Shown one piece after another: positions 38,770-54,700 of a stretch of 64,000 nt of DNA; the stretch's first letter is position 1, and every line of letters begins with the position of its first letter. The stretch spans positions 2,170,001 to 2,234,000 of the forward strand of contig JAQFVV010000010.1 of the NCBI GenBank assembly GCA_028023455.1, read 5' to 3'. Position numbers and translations under genes: made by a program. This stretch comes from Epiperipatus broadwayi (Eukaryota > Animalia > Onychophora). The notes beneath the pieces were generated by a model, which saw nothing but the letters and a program-made list of their open reading frames with translations, ran no database searches and was not told the origin of the DNA.

Positions 38770-41700
38770 TAGATAACTAACCATATTTTAGCAGTCTCAT
38801 TTTTGTTTCTAATATTTATTAGACTTAAGAATTGATAGGTTAGTCCTAAGAGCCCTGTTTAATAGCAATTCTGCTGGTATTTTGTTAGTATGCTGTGCCA
38901 AAAATATTCTAGCTATGGGGCTGTTAAGAGCTTTCTTTAGTCTCTTTCAGTTGATCATTACTCCCGGCATGAAATGGTGGCCTGAATACTTGTTCTATAT
39001 TATTGTTGGCACAAAATTGCTCAAACTTGCTATAACATGTATGACATTAATTGAAACCATAATTTTATGTAGACTATGAATTGCAAATAGTATCCTAATT
39101 GCTTCAATAGATGCTGTGACATGAAGTGATGCTACTTAAGTCACATCCAGCCACCTAACAACTATTAATAATAACCCATCCCTATATGGAGTAATGTGAT
39201 TAATACAAATTCTTGGCCAGGGATCTTTAGGATTAGACCACTGAACCATTTTAGTGTTTCCAGAATTTTTTATTTTTTACTAAGCCATAGATTTGATGTC
39301 AGTCTCCAAGATAAGTTGTCAGATATAGGATCTAGCAACACATGGATGACCATCGTGCAAAACTTTTAGCATTTGAAAGTAGTCATTGGGAGAATCATTA
39401 TTCTTGATCCCTTTACAACACAACTGTTTTCTTTGTATTTATATATTGGACTATTTCCATCATCTAGTATTAAGTATTGAATGTCTTTAGAAAAATTTAA
39501 CTTTATTTAAATTTTTCAATTACATTCAACTGTTAGGTTAGTATATGTACAATGTTTTGAGAGGTATTATTCTCCTCTTTTCTTCAGGTATTGCTGGACT
39601 GACCAGTGACAATACTAACATGAGAATCGAACCTGGCTCCTTAGATTCTTCAATATTGAATTTTAAGTGAGAAAATACAAAAATATTGGAGAGGAAAAGT
39701 TACTTAAAAGAAAATTCAAAGAAGCTATGGTAATGGTGAATAACCCCATAAGTCAATCTAGTGTGACTATATATAATATATGGAAACTACTAATCAACCT
39801 TGCTCTTAGGAAAAAGTGAAAAAATCAGGGAGGATGTCATAAATAAGTATATGAATTGTCTACTGACTGTTACCTTTGGCAGGATGGTTCAATTGATTAA
39901 AGCATTACCTTAAAATTCAATTTTCAAAAATGTAAGATGTATTTGAAATATTTAAATAAAGTTAAATTTTTTTAAAGACATTCAATAGTTAGTAATAGAT
40001 GATGGAAATAGTCCAATATGCAAATACAATTAAAATATCATCATCACAAACCTTCAGGAAAACATAACTGTTTTCTATTGAGAGCTCCAACATATGTATC
40101 AAGTAGGCCAGACACAGCTTTTTTGGTTTTTTGTTTGGCCAACTCAGATCTATTTAATTAATTTTTGGACTCTAGGATAATCACAAATCCTTTGAGCAAT
40201 TGAAGTACTATTTATTGGTATGTTTACCTTTATTATAGTCTATTTAATTCTAACTCTTCCGAGCTTTTTTTGTTGGTAACTAGCTTAATTAATGTATCTA
40301 GAAGAGGCATTTTCTCCCTAAATATATTCAAGCTTATAGTCATATTCCGATAAGAAATTGAACTATCTTAGCATGCAAGGTAGGAAAAAACTTTTGTCTG
40401 GTGTATTATAACCAACAATGGTTTGCGATTAGTTTGCAAGATAAATGATCTAGTAAAAGTTTTATCATATAAATAGTCATGAAATTTTTTTATGACAATG
40501 ATCTGCAGAGAGGATTTTTCTGTCTAGCTTTGCATAATTTTTCTCAGATTTAGACAAACATTTTGAAGTAAATGCAATAGGAGATAGTGTCATTTCATTA
40601 TTTTTATGAGATAGTATTGCATTACTTCCATAAGTAATTCATCACAATTTAGATTAGTACTTGGTCTGGATAAGCTAATAATCTACTGTTTTATTTTTAA
40701 GGCTTAAAAATGTGTGTTCTCTTTTATTTAATAGTAGTCTTTGTCTTCTTAATTGCTTTAATTCTATGTTTCATTGGACAGAAGCCTTTTGTGTATATTT
40801 TATATCCAAGAAATATAGTTCTTTAGTCTCAAATGTGCATTTTCTAGACATAGATATGAGTCTTTAAACAATCTAATAGTTTTTTGTTGATGCCTAGAGT
40901 TGTTCTGTAGTTTTAGCCACCAACAGGAAATCATCAATATATGGTATTGCCTCAAATATTCCAGAAGCAAGCTGATTGATTGCTTTCAGGATTATTGCTG
41001 GTGTAACTGATATCTCAAAAGATAGGCAGTTAATTTTAAATAAACTTTTGTGAATAATGACTGCTAATGCTCTTGCAGATTTGTCAGTAATTAGCAGTTT
41101 CAAATATGCATGCTTTAGTCAATTTTTGTGCCCCCCCCCCACCAATTTGAAGAGGATCTGTTTGACTGATGGTGGAGGACAATTATTTGTCTGATAATGC
41201 TTTGTTATCATGCATCAATAATCACTACAGATTTTTATACAACCATTACTTATTATGGTGGAGACTATTAGAATGGACTATTCCAGACATGGTTATTGTC
41301 TCAATAGATTACTGTGTTCATCAGCCAACACAATGGATCAAGTAAATAGTTTAACAGGCAATCTAACTTTCACTCTCATTTTACACTAGAGTGAAATTTG
41401 GTTATTTTAATAATCATTCTACTCCTAGATTGTAGCTGATGATTATTTTTTTATTAATGACAGTCTGTGTATTTTTTGATACAATAGTCGAAACATTGGA
41501 TTTTTTTCCTCCATGATTATAGTCATATAAAAAACAAGTTTTTAAAAAGGAGTTAGTTTGTTTTATTTCTATATAATAGCCAATATCCAAATCTATTATT
41601 ATTAATATATTATTGATTTTAATTCAGGTTTCGAGAATTGACTCGGTATTTCTCACATTATTTATAGAAGTATTGATTTATAGGATTTATATGTTTGTTT

Positions 41701-42050
41701 GTTTTTTAAGATGGATTCCCTTTCTTTTATATCTAGTTATTTGCTGTCAGTTCTGACATAGCTGGCATGATGTGTATAGGCATCCAATGTGTATCATATG
41801 TTCTGATTTGTTTAATCTATAAACAGACTTTTGTAGCCATATTTGCCAATTTATTTTGACAGATTTTAATATTTTTAGCTGAAGTCTCTATTAGCTTTTG
41901 GAGTTCTGTGACAAAATCTCTAGTTCTTTCTTCCTTCTCATAAACAATGGGTTAAAATTGTACATCTGTACTATAGTTGCCATGGTCAAACTCTTTCAGA
42001 AAACCAGTTGTCGCCATTTTGATTTTTCTTTTTTTCTGCCATGAGGAAAA
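38770..42050 (-). mobile_element. Decayed Ty3/Gypsy internal region (Gypsy-D), interrupted by family C copy 2
   Basis: gag start MATTGFLKEFD (~42020); RT YIDD (ORF 40894-41103); RNase H-end YDYKLEYI (~40330); integrase LHDGHPCVARSY and DPWPRICI (~39200-39370); LTRs not identified. Confidence 0.65.
39420..40075. mobile_element. Family C PLE 3' end with inverted pseudo-LTR (copy 2)
   Basis: Same blocks as 28553-29480 in the opposite layout; the plus arm carries the GIY-YIG tail and has lost its B box and HHR; the minus arm keeps the B box and the HHR-like motif. Confidence 0.8.
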
Positions 42051-45000
42051 CAATTTTTTCTTCATGTTTTTATTAAAGTACTTCTGCTAAAATAAATAAA
42101 TAGGATGTTTCTTAACTGAATTACCTACAACCTCCAATTATTCATCTTAGAAAAGTTAAATTATAATATCTTTCTACCTATCATATTTAAATTAAATTGA
42201 TGAGGGTTTTTAATTTACTAATGATAATATCATGTGGATACCATCTGTAACTATAACCTTGATTATAGGATCATGACTATCACATAATCAATGTACCTAA
42301 TTTGAACTGTTATTTTTCATAATGCTAATTTTATATATGATGATAACTAATTATTATATGCCAATTTGAAACTCAAAACTTTATAGTTATCACACATCTT
42401 GCCCAGCATTGTATAACTCAAATAGTATATAGAATAAAGAGTAAAGAAATATGAAAGCTTTAAATATTAACAAAAATAATTTAATAAATTAGGATATGAA
42501 CATGATGCAAAATGAGCCCTGACAGTACATAAATCAAGTAATATTCTGTGCATATTAATATCCATAACATTTTAAATAATAGAATAATTCTAAGACTAAC
42601 AACATATATGAGACTAAAATATGAAACTTCTTCTATTCAAAAGGGATAATTTACATTGACATAAGATTTTTTAAATATATATAAACAAAAAATGATGCAA
42701 TAAAATTGTCTACTCTTGAAATTTAAATTTGGGTTTCTAATCCCAATAAATATAAATTCATATTATGAGAAAAAGAAAAACAAAATATTATATTTCAAAG
42801 AACAACAAAATACTGAATGTTAAACATGAAATATTAAATAAAATAAATAAAAACTTTCAAATGTAATTAAAATTAGTGATAAAAAATTATGAACTTGATT
42901 AAATAGAATCAATAAAGATAAACATTATTATCTAGATAGAGTTTGAATTCTAGTAGAATATCATAATTTTTTGTGATTTTTTTGAATCTTATTGGTTTAT
43001 TCAGAGTCCTAATCTATGCATAGTATTAACAAACTTCTTTTTTTTTCTTTGCAGTTACTTCTTCAGACTATAATTACAATTTATAACATTTTTATCATTA
43101 CACGAAAAGATTTAGCAGCTAAGTTTTTTATATTCAACAATCACATCATATAGGAGATAGAAAGATTCAAAAACATCAAAATAATACTTTAAGAATATAA
43201 AAAAGCTACGTCTTGACAGTGCTTGTTCAGTGACGATAATTGTGGAATTTAGCTGCTCATTTTGTTGGTAATAACAACATAGTGAAGCTTTTCCATTCAT
43301 CTATAGTACCTTCCATGTGAACTAGCAGGATCTTTTTTTTCAACAGTCACTATATATTAAATTACTGGATAGAACTTTTCTTGCCACTAAGCTTATTTGG
43401 GAAACAGTCTGCATTAATTTAGTATGCAGTTCTAAATTCTGGAATGTCTGATCACTCCAGTATTTAAAATTCTTCCTTAAATAATTTCTCAACTCATGAT
43501 GTAATTAAGATTAAATTTTAAAACCATTATTTCACTTTTTTATTTATTTACAAATTTTATTCACTTAAACACATAATGAGCTAAGTATATATTCCTAATT
43601 AAGTGCATGTTTAGTAAAAAGTTTCATTGTCGATTTCACATTTTTAGCCAAGTTTTTTATCACATTAGCCAAATTCCTAAATTAACTTAAATATGACTTC
43701 AAAATCATTTCTTTTTTTGAACATAAAATTTTCATTTTATAGAATTATTTTTGATAAAAATCATTATAAGTTTTGAATATGTATACTCATGAAAAATAAG
43801 ATTTTACTAAATATTGGACTGTGTTTTGTATTTCTAAACTTTTTTTCCATTTGCCACATTTATATAAGTTTTTATTATACTAATTTTTCATAATTTTTAT
43901 AGCACATATAAACAACCACTTATTTTTTTTTATCCAACTTTTTTTCCCAAAATGCTTTCTTCTTCAGCAATCTCACTTCAATATTTCTATTAACTACCAA
44001 TTGCAGATCTAATTAACTGTCAGATATGTACTTTGATAGATTTTGGAAGAAGAAAATGATTATTTCATAATAGCTTAAAATTTAATCATCATCCTAAGTT
44101 GCATATTATAGGCACTGTCTGTTCTATCATAATATATTTTGTAAGCATCTGGGTTATATGGCACTCAGCAACATAATTGTATGTGTGCACATATATATAA
44201 AGTTAAAAGGAAAAGTAGAATTTTTAAACAAATAAATTTTTGTAGATATTTTTCTACATTTCCTGGAATATAAAAATAATGACTGTAAAGGGTTAAATAA
44301 CTCAATTTAAAACAGAATTTTATTATTAATTAAAACATTTAAAAAGGTCTAAATAAATTATTCTGATTTTGAAATTGAAAAACAAACATATTCTAATAAT
44401 TGTAAAAATTTCTATTATGTTTTTTTGAAATCTTTTAATTAATCGGTAAATCTTTATCTAAATAAAAACATATATATCATATCTTGATAAAACTTCAAAC
44501 TTGTTTTCAAAAGGATTAGACAAATTGAAAACAGTCACTATGTTTTTATCACCTGACCCAACAAAGATTATAAAAAGACTAATAAAAATGTTTCCGTTTT
44601 GACTTGCAGTTTTTGTAAGAGCTGGCCAGAAGAGTCTGGTTTTAATATTTTGAGAAACAGTGGCCAAATAGGCTAGCTACAAAGGTTGGATAATTTTTTT
44701 AAGACAGTTCTTGTCTTAATATTTTTGAAAAGCAGAATAGCTAGCTACAGAATTAACTAGCAGAGTTGAACCAAGCTCCCATGAAAATGTTGCTGAAATC
44801 AAGCCTGTAGATCCAGCAGTGAATAGTCTACTAGTTCTACATACTGGAGTTTTGATTCACTTGAAGACTGGGTAAACTTAAAATGGATCAATTAGCCTGT
44901 ACAAATGTGTTCTAGAAGATATTTTGCTGACCTGAAGCTCATTAATTCCTAGTCAGAAGGGATAATGCCAACCTACCTGATAATACCTGCCTGATTATGG

Positions 45001-46134
45001 GAATCCTGGACTATACCTGTCTCACCAAGACCAACTCACAAAGAGAAGTACAGATAAATGTATAAACAATGTTGAGTAGCATTATATATAATGAGAATGA
45101 AATTTTAAATAATTTCTTTAGTAAAAATGACATTTAAAAATCTATAGATTTTAAAATATAACAAGTAAATAATTTTGCTTGAATTGAATTAAAATCTAAA
45201 AGTAATGATTGAATCATGGACAATTTATTTTGAAAAAAGAAAAAGAGGACATCAAAAATCTTTTTTAGATTAATTTAAGGATGTAATTAATTAATTGAGT
45301 GTAACCTGTCATAAAAAAAACTTTTGAGTTACCTGTCAAAAAATTGATTTTATTTATTTTTTAAAAATGAAAATATTTTTATTGACTGAAAAAAAAGAGA
45401 TGAATTAATAATATTAATTCATATCATCTATATGTTTATAGATACACATGTATATGTGAATTTTATGTATAGTTTTCAAATGGAATTAATTATAAAATAT
45501 GTTTTTGATAAATTTATTATTTTGATAAATTTAAACATATTCATTTTATATTAAGCCACATGCCTGTGTGCTGAATGGGTTTTAAGTAAACCTAATGTAT
45601 TAATCATGTAAATCAATGTAATAACTTGAGTTGTATATAGTAATTTTGTAAATCACAAATGTGATAACTTTTTTTATTGTATGTTAATCAAAATCATACA
45701 TCCAAATTAATGTTTAAATAATTGCCCAAGCTGGCAAAGGTTCATTAGTTAGCCTAGTATACAGAAGACCCATTTCCAATCGAGTCACCAGATTGACTGT
45801 TGATTTATATTTTTTATTGTTCTAATCCAACCACAAGATGGACTGTTGATTGATTTATTTTGGTAGATCATTTATGATGATGAATGACTATTACTTTTTG
45901 AGAGTGCTGGTGGACTTGTAGATAGCTTTGCTGATATCTTAGAGTGATCTACTATGCTCATCCCTTAAAAATACAATTCCTTAGATCCCTCAAGATTTAA
46001 ACCCCAATTTTCTGTAGAGTTACAAATGACTGACCAATTTAGAACAGTTTATGTTCACGTGCTGGTGACCATCACCTTAGGTACGACCCAGTATTCCCCT
46101 GTAGCATTAAAATATATATATGTTAACACACTGT

Positions 46135-46895
46135 AGATATATATATGGAAATTATTTAAGTCATTTAGATTTTGCAGATACAAATAATGCTTTAGAGCTT
46201 CAGAAAATGTTGCAAGAGTTATCAGATGAAATTAAGAAAGTAAGACTAAAGATAAATATTAAAAAAACTAAAGCAATGTTTAATGGATTTTCTCAAAAGC
46301 AGAAAATAAACATTGATAATGTTGAGATAAAAGTTAATAACTACAAATACCTTATCATATTATTATTACAGACCAAAACTTAATGGATGAAATTAATCAT
46401 AGAATTAAACTTGCTTGGAGTGTTTTTGGTAAAAATAACTTAATATTAAAGAGAAATATGCCTATGTGTTTGAAAAGGAAGGTTTTTAATAAAAGTGTTT
46501 TACCAGTTTGTACTTATAAACCTGAGAACTTGGACACTTAACAGAAGTATTGACAGAGACTTCAGACCACTCAACAAAGTATGCAGAGATGCTTGTTAGG
46601 AGTAACAAGAAAATATCATAAGTGAGAAAGTATTATTGACATCATTGAAAGAATTAAAAAAACTGAAATGGAGTTAGGGTGGAAATATTTCTAGAAATAT
46701 GATACAGTGGAATTGTGTTCCAAGAAATTTTTATAAGACCTAGAAAGAGACCATGTGTGAGATGAATGGATGAAATAAGAAAGTGTGCTGGAGTGATGTA
46801 GAGAAGAGAAGCTAAAGATCGGAGAAGATGGATTGAATTTGGTGAGACCATCTTGCAATGAATCAATAATGGTTGAAAATTATGATAATGATGTT
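46135..46895 (+). mobile_element. 5'-truncated decayed RTE LINE, same family as 24880-25535
   Basis: HLDFAD...KVRLKINIKKTKAMFN; gaaattaatcatagaattaaacttgcttggagtg; tgataatga tail. Confidence 0.85.
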
Positions 46896-47689
46896 GCTAC
46901 ATATATTTATGGCTGATAAATTGAAATCAAATTTCCATCAATGATGGCAAGGATAAGCTTTACGGAAGAGTTGTTTTCTCCAATAATTTATAGACACACA
47001 CCTATATATACACATAATAATTGGATTATCTGCATTGTTAAGGTAGTATAAATACACAATATAACAGAGTGTCTATTTAGCATTATTCATTTGAATGCTA
47101 ATGGCTCTCTGAATTCATTGCTTTTTTAGTTTATATATATATGAAAATTATTTCAAGAATACCTGAATCAAACTATATCCATGTACTTTTTCATCATTAT
47201 AAAACACATGCATTTAAAAAGTTAGTTTTTGGTTGCCATTACATAAATAAATATTACATCATTCTCATCCTTGAGTTCTTACTAATTTTCCTATAGTATA
47301 TATATGGGGGGGGGGGTGTATTAGAAATGAGTTTACTGTTATCTAAAAGAAAACTGATTCCTTTTGGAGGCTTCAAAGGAACCAAGCAAGACTAATTCCT
47401 GATATTCACTCCATATGTTCTTGTAATTACAGCTCTTATTACTATGTGATTATTTATATAGTATACAAACATGGGTGGGCTGCTCAACAACATGCATTAT
47501 CCAGCATGGTGAGTTCATTGGCTTTTTATCTCTGAATTTAAAATCAAGAAATGCCATAGTCTTTCTTCTCTGTTGCTTGAAAGCTCTAACTGAAATATTG
47601 AGTTTTCTTGAAGGCAGAATGAATGTGGGTATGAATGAAAAAAATTTTTTTTTTCATATTTACAATCAGAGCAGACAAAAATAAAGCAT

Positions 47690-50490
47690 GACCCTTAATT
47701 CCAGGAGGTTTTAAAGTCACCAGCCAAGGCAGCATTTGGTAATTGAAGGCAAAAGGTGTTAAGAATCCTCTGAATGTGAACCCAGGTTGCCATTTGATGA
47801 CAATCTTTTATTTAGGTACTTACAACTGCAAATCACTTTCAAGTGAAGAAAAATTTGAAGAACTTTCTCATTAAATGGGACATTAATGGACTTTGTGAAA
47901 TTAGAAGAAAAGGTGAAGAAACTGTTGATTTAAAAGGTGGAAAAAGGCACAAATATTGGAAGAACAGGTGGAGTAGCATTCATTATAAATAAAAAGTGGA
48001 AGAACAACTTTGTGGAGATTGATGATGTGTTAAACAGAGTGGCAAGATTAGATATAAAACTTAATAGCAGATATGGAAATGCAGATAATTCAGGTTGGTG
48101 CCCAACAAGTTCTCATAGCGATGAAGTAGTAGAGGATTTTTATATGGATGTATAAAAGACTTTTGATCAGACCAAACAACATTTTAAAATTGTTATGGGA
48201 GACTTTAATGCTAGAATTGGTAAACAATTGGACAGATAAAAGTGCTGTACATAAATTTGGTTTTGATGATAGAAATGAGTGAGAACATAGACTTACAGAG
48301 TTTGCCAAAAAAGAAAAACTTTATATTATGAATTCTTTTTTTTTTTTGATAAAAATGTTAAATGGACATGGAAGTGTAAAAATGAAGATGCAGTAGAATT
48401 GAATTATATTTTGACTAAAAGAAAATATGTATTTCAAGATTGTAATATTCTTAATAAATTCAACACAGGAAGTGATCATCAATAGTGAGATGTAAGACAA
48501 CTGTGAATATTGTTTTTTTTAATAATTTTTTATCTCTGTAATTTTGCATTAATAATATTCCTAATCTTCAGAAACATTCTAATGAATTTAAATTAGAACT
48601 TGCAAATTGTTTTCAAATATTAGCAGATTTGGAACATGATTCAATTGTGAATGAAATCAATAGAAAAATAACCGATACACTTTTAAAAACTGCAACAAAG
48701 GTAGCTGCTAAAAAAAAGCAGCAATTGACTAATAAAATTTCTACTGAGACTAGAGAATTTATGACAAAAAAGAAGGAATATGAAAATATATGAAAATGAT
48801 GTATAAAGAAGGATTGAATATTTTGAATTTTGTAAAATGATGTGAAAAAGAATTGATAATGATATAAGAAAGTATAACTGTGAACTAGCAAGGAAGACTA
48901 TAGAAAAGAATAAGTCTTAAGAATGTAAAACAACATTTTCGTATTGGTAGGAAACTTATTTCTGCAATAAGATAAAAAGATGGAACTATTATTAAAAAGA
49001 GAGGTGACATCGTGAAATGGGTAGAAGAGTTCTAACAAGGATTTTATAGTAATAAAGAACAAGTACCTCCTACAAGAACAAGTACCTCCTACAACTATTA
49101 TAACTTATGAATTGGCCAGAATTTTAAATGAAGTGAGACGTGCAATTAAATTTATAAAGAAAGGCAAAACTCCAGGTAATGATGGAATTATAGATCTTAA
49201 AAGAAGCAAGTGATGAAATAGAATTTTTTTGCAAAATTATATACCAAATGTATAAATAATAAAATTGTATCAGTTGATTGGAAGAATGCAATATTAATAT
49301 TTTAAAAAGTTGATAAAGAAGATATTAGAAATTAAAGGTTTATCTATATTTTATCAGTTTATCCAAAAATTTTATCAAGATAATTATAAGATGTCTACAG
49401 AGAACTTTGAATTTCAACCAATCAAAAGAACAAGCTGAATTTAAAAGTGGTTTTAGTACAGTAAATTATAGCCAAGTATTGAGAGAAGTTATAGAAAGGA
49501 TCAATGAATATGAATTGCATTATGTTTTGCATTTGTAAATTATGAAAAGACATTTGATTCTACAAGCATTTTTTTCAGTAATTAAATCATTGGATCATCA
49601 ATATATAGATCCAGGATATTGTCATATTTTGAAGAATATTTATAACAATGCAATAGCAACATTTAGATTACATAATGATACTAGGAAGATTAATATTGAT
49701 AAGAGTGGGTGACTGACAGGGTGACTCCATATCTCCAAAACTTTTTACAGTAGTACTGTAAAAAGTTTTTTGTGGATTAAATGGGAAGCTAAAGGAATAA
49801 AAGTAAATGGAGATTTACATTTCTTAGATGATATAGTTGTTTTTGCAAATAGCTTCAGAACTCCAGGAAATGTTGCAAGAGTTATAAGACTAAAGTAATG
49901 GTCAATGGATTTTCTCATAAAATCAAAATAAAGATTGATAATGATGAGTTAAAAGAAACTAACAACTACAAATATTTTGATCAGATTTTTACTACATATA
50001 GAAACATAATGAATAAAATTAATCATAGAATTAAACTTGTTTGGAGTGCTTTTGGTAGAAATAACTTGCTATTAAAAGGAAATATGCTTATGTGTTTTAA
50101 AAGGAAGGTTTTTAATAAATATGAAATTTGGACATTTAATAGAAGAGCAATACAGAGACTTCAGACCACTCAAAAAATATGAAGAGATATATGTTAGGAA
50201 TAACAAGAAAATATTGAAAATGAAATACATGGGTAAGAGAACCAAAAGACAGGTGGAGTTGGGCTGAACATATTGCTAGAAGAGATGATAATAGATAGAC
50301 AGTTGAAATCTTAAACTGGATTCCAAAAGATTGTAAAAGATCCAGAAAGTGACCACGTATCAAATGGATGGATGAAATAAGAAAGTGTGCATGGGTGATA
50401 TGGGGAAGAGAGACTAGAGAAGATGGATTGAACTTGAAGAGACTATCCTGCAGTGGACTGATAATGATTCACAATGGTGATGATAATGAT
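47690..50490 (+). mobile_element. Near full-length decayed RTE LINE (APE endonuclease + RT)
   Basis: GTYNCKSLSSEEK (~47797), TGGVAFIINKKW, MGDFNARIG-like (~48195), RT and C-terminal region matching the other two copies; tgataatgat tail. Confidence 0.85.
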
Positions 50491-51740
50491 ATATGAGAAA
50501 ACTTATTCACTATCCCCATAGTAGGAATGGTTAATATTTTACAAAGCATGTGCCAATTCTTTTACTTCTAAATTCACATGCGCCCAGCAATGTTTGCATT
50601 ACTGTTTAATTTTTGTACAAAATAGAGAATGCTGAAAATAAATAATATTTATTTTTTTCTCGTAATGTACAACAGAAAAGCTTTTAATATTAAATATGAT
50701 TTCTGAAATGTTTGGATTTATGCAGAATAATTTCCAAATTTAAAACTATCAGATATTTTTGTTTTTATCAATTTTATTGGTGAAAATAATTTTTGTAAAG
50801 AACAAAATTACAAGGCATACAAAGAGTGAATGGTTATAAAATTAAAAACAATTATGAACTCAACCTGAATTAGACCTTCAAACTAGGCAAATGTGAAAAA
50901 TCATCTGCTTGTAGAATGAACATAAAACAATTTATTTTTTTTTGATATACCATTTGAATTTTTATTATAATAAGCATTCCTACTCTACAACCTGAATGAT
51001 ATTAGTAGATTTGTCCATCTTATTTTCTTTGAATATATTATTAATTGATCGCCAATTTTTATAATGTTGATATTATGATACTAACACATTGAAGTGTACT
51101 AGATTACTAAAGTAAATTGTACGTTATACACTCTTATAGTTTTTTTATTTAAATGTTATGTACATATCCGCAGAAAAGGTAGACTTTTATATAACTTTTA
51201 ATTTTAATTTTATTCAAGCTGATCATGCTTTCAATATGAATATGTCATATTCATAGCAATCTTATTTAGTGTACATGTTTCTCAGTCATTATTTTAATAT
51301 TTAAATATATTCTGTTTTATTCAAATTTATTTAAATAATCCATTATTTTAAAGACATATACATGCCTCTTTTTTATTTATAGCATCATGATAACCCAGAC
51401 CTCTTTGATCTTGCATTTTCTATCCTCTCTTTCTATACATACAATTCCAGCCATTGTTAAATCAAACTTATAGCTTGATTTCTGTTCATGATCTATAAAT
51501 ATGGATGTATATTCTTCATTCCTTTGTTCCCATTATATAAATATCTGTGCTGGACTAGTCTAATTGATCAATTAACAAGTGATTCACCATAATATGTAGC
51601 ATTACACATGGGTTTTTTGCTTTGAATTTTGTAAACAATTTGGTGTGCTTACTCATGGGTAATTTATTCTTGGAATTGTTTAATAATTTATTTAGCGATG
51701 GGGGAGTTCAGAAACTTACATCATGTGTTTTTAAATATTC

Positions 51741-54700
51741 TTTTTTTTTTTATTTTATCCAATGATGAACTTTATTCATCCAATAAAAAAAATTATGTAC
51801 ATTATAATTTGCAACTTAGGTGACAAGATATTGCCAATATAATTGGTATTAGGAACATCTGTAAGACAAATTAATATAAAAAAACATATAATTGTTACAT
51901 GAATATTTAATAGCTTTCATGTATCATCGTGGATTTTAGCAATGGAATCTTTGCAGTCCCTTGCTTTTAATGTTTTGATAATATCCAACAAATCACCAAG
52001 TAGATCCCCTGAATTTCTACCAAACATGAAATTGCACCTAAGGATCCACAGTGAATAGTTCAACATGACAGAGAGTCTTATTGCTGAGAAATCACCAGCC
52101 TAATACAGTACTGAATATTGAAAATTCTATCCTTATATGATAGCATCCAGCAGTTGATTAATGATCTGTACTGTTGTAGAGTTTTGCACCCATATAGGAA
52201 GTTCTGCAGTGTTTCACCACTGCACATTTGACATTCAGTGTGTATTTTGTCAAAGCCTTTTATTAACCAAGAAATCATTAGTTAGTAAGGCATGTATGTT
52301 TATTTTTAAAATAAAGTCTAAATATTTAGCCTCAAACTTTCATAGTTTGAAGCATTTGGTGATGTATTCATTGTTAACCTTGAGAACAGTTGGATTTATC
52401 ATGAAGGAGCAGAAGAGTTGATGAATGTCCCAGTATTTGAGTTTATTCCCAATTGAATTCCAGCACTTACAACCAAATTGACAACCATATTGGTCCAGGT
52501 GGGGACTGTCCACGAGGTGATGGGTATCAGTAGGAGTGACTAGGGTTGATAAAAATCCTCAGATTATTTTCCTGATTGTGACAAGCATATTATGTGATCT
52601 ATGAACTAGAAAAGAAGAGATGGTATGTAGTCCTAGTCCATTGAGTTTTTTAGGTAGGCCTGCCTTCCTAAGGCTGATTGCAACAGTTTTTTCTTCACAG
52701 GAATCCAGAACATAGGGAATTAATTTTTATTATGAAGATCTTGGTAGGAATGATGATTGGAAGGGAAATAATTTATTTTGGGGAATATTAATGAGTTTGA
52801 GTAGTGGGACCTTGCCATAGAGAGACAGATAAATGCCAGAGTGATTTAATTGTATCTGCTATGCCCTTGGAAAGCATGTTTTGTAATTGGATTTTCATGT
52901 CCCAAGAAGAAAGCAGGAATGGGAACCCAAGGAACTTCTGTGGGCTGGCTAGGAAGGGTTTTGGAATTTTCTTTCCAGATGACAATTTCCAGGGTTTTTG
53001 GAATTTTTTTTCCAGATGACAATTTCCAGGCTGTAGACTTGTCCCAATTGAAAAACAGTTGATATTGTTCTGAATACTAGTGCAGTATGTTTTCCAGCAT
53101 TGGTAGACAATCTGTAGATAGGAGGAGGATGACCACATCATCAACATATGCCAGGCATTTTATCTCCCTCCCAAGCCTGGAAATTTACACCCCATGGAGA
53201 TAGTTCAATTTTTAGAATCAATGGGTTGATGAATGCAGTAAATAATGTGCTCAGTGGAGATCCCTGGGATATAGAAATGTTGGGATGAAATCTTGAGGTG
53301 ATTCTGCCATCCATCATAACAAGTATTTCCCTGTTGCAAAGGATATTCTCAATGATGGATAAGATGGTTTCAAGAATAGAAAAAGTTCTTTTTAGAATCA
53401 ATGGGTTGATGAATGCAGTAAATAATGTGCTCAGTGGAGATCCCTGGGATATAGAAATGTTGGGATGAAATCTTGAGGTGATTCTGCCATCCATCATAAC
53501 AAGTATTTCCCTGTTGCAAAGGAGATTCTCAATGATGGATAAGATGGTTTCAAGAATAGAAAAAGTTCTTAGTATGCCGATGAGTAAATCGACTCTTACC
53601 AAATCGAAGTTAGCCTGAATGTTCAGTTGGACAGCTATGGGCCTGGGATTTCTCTGATGCCTCACATACTCAACTGTCATTTTGAAAATAGAGGCTGCAT
53701 CAATTGTAGACTGACCGCTACATCAATTGTAGACTGACCCTACATGCAAACTGTGAGGGAGATAAACTGGGAATAATTAGATCTTGGATCGGATCTTTTT
53801 GATCATAGATTCTTATTTTTATAAGGAGAGGCATCATCAAAATAGGCCTAAGACTTGCGAGCTCCGATGGCGGTTGATCCTTCTTCAGAAATAGGACTAA
53901 TGAGACTAGATATAGTTCTTCAATGACCTTGCAACCTCCAGCCAGTTCATTCTGCATATTAAGAATGATGGGGATGATGTAGTGGCTGAGGTGCAATAGA
54001 AGAAACTTGGATATTGCATGTGGTCCAGGGTGGGTTCTGTCATGGATTGATTTTAATTCGTTTAGAATGGTATTGGCTGTAATTCCATGATGAGGAGCAT
54101 TGTCCCTGATAGGAGTGCTTCTATTGTACAGTATCTCTGGTTTTTGAAGCTTTGTCTTGAAATGAACTCTTATGATGATCAACATGTCTTCTTCTATATG
54201 AAATTTGCCATTGATATATATGGAGGAGGGAGTGACCTGTTGTCTTTTTGAACTCAGAGCCACCTTAGATAGCTTCTGGTACAGCAATGCTGACTGTCCA
54301 AGAATCTCTAGGTTCATTTAACTGCAATGTATTCTGCCAGGGCCTTCTATGCATCACAGTATTGTTGCTTGAGTAGGGTGATTTGATTAATGTCACAGAG
54401 TTCATTAGAGCTCAAGTCCAAATGGTATGCAATTTGATCCATTTCTGAAACTAATTTCAAGGGTCTATGAGAGTTCCAAGTGAATCTGTTGGTGAGCAAT
54501 TGGAAAATCTCAACAAAAGTGGTCCAAGCAGAGTCTGGGTCCAGACTCACCCAGTATTTATTTTGAATAGGTAGATATATACTTCCGAGACAAGAGTTAT
54601 AGGGGTGGTCTGCCTATTAAGAAATCTACTTGTTTTTCTTAGTCCCAGGTTTATGGGTGGACCAGTTTAGCATCCATGAAAAAATGTTAGTTCTGGGGAG

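Noticed and set aside
47320-47790. HDV-like ribozyme at the RTE 5' end (known in some RTEs)
   Set aside because: I could not fold a nested double pseudoknot by eye; a descriptor or covariance-model search is needed.
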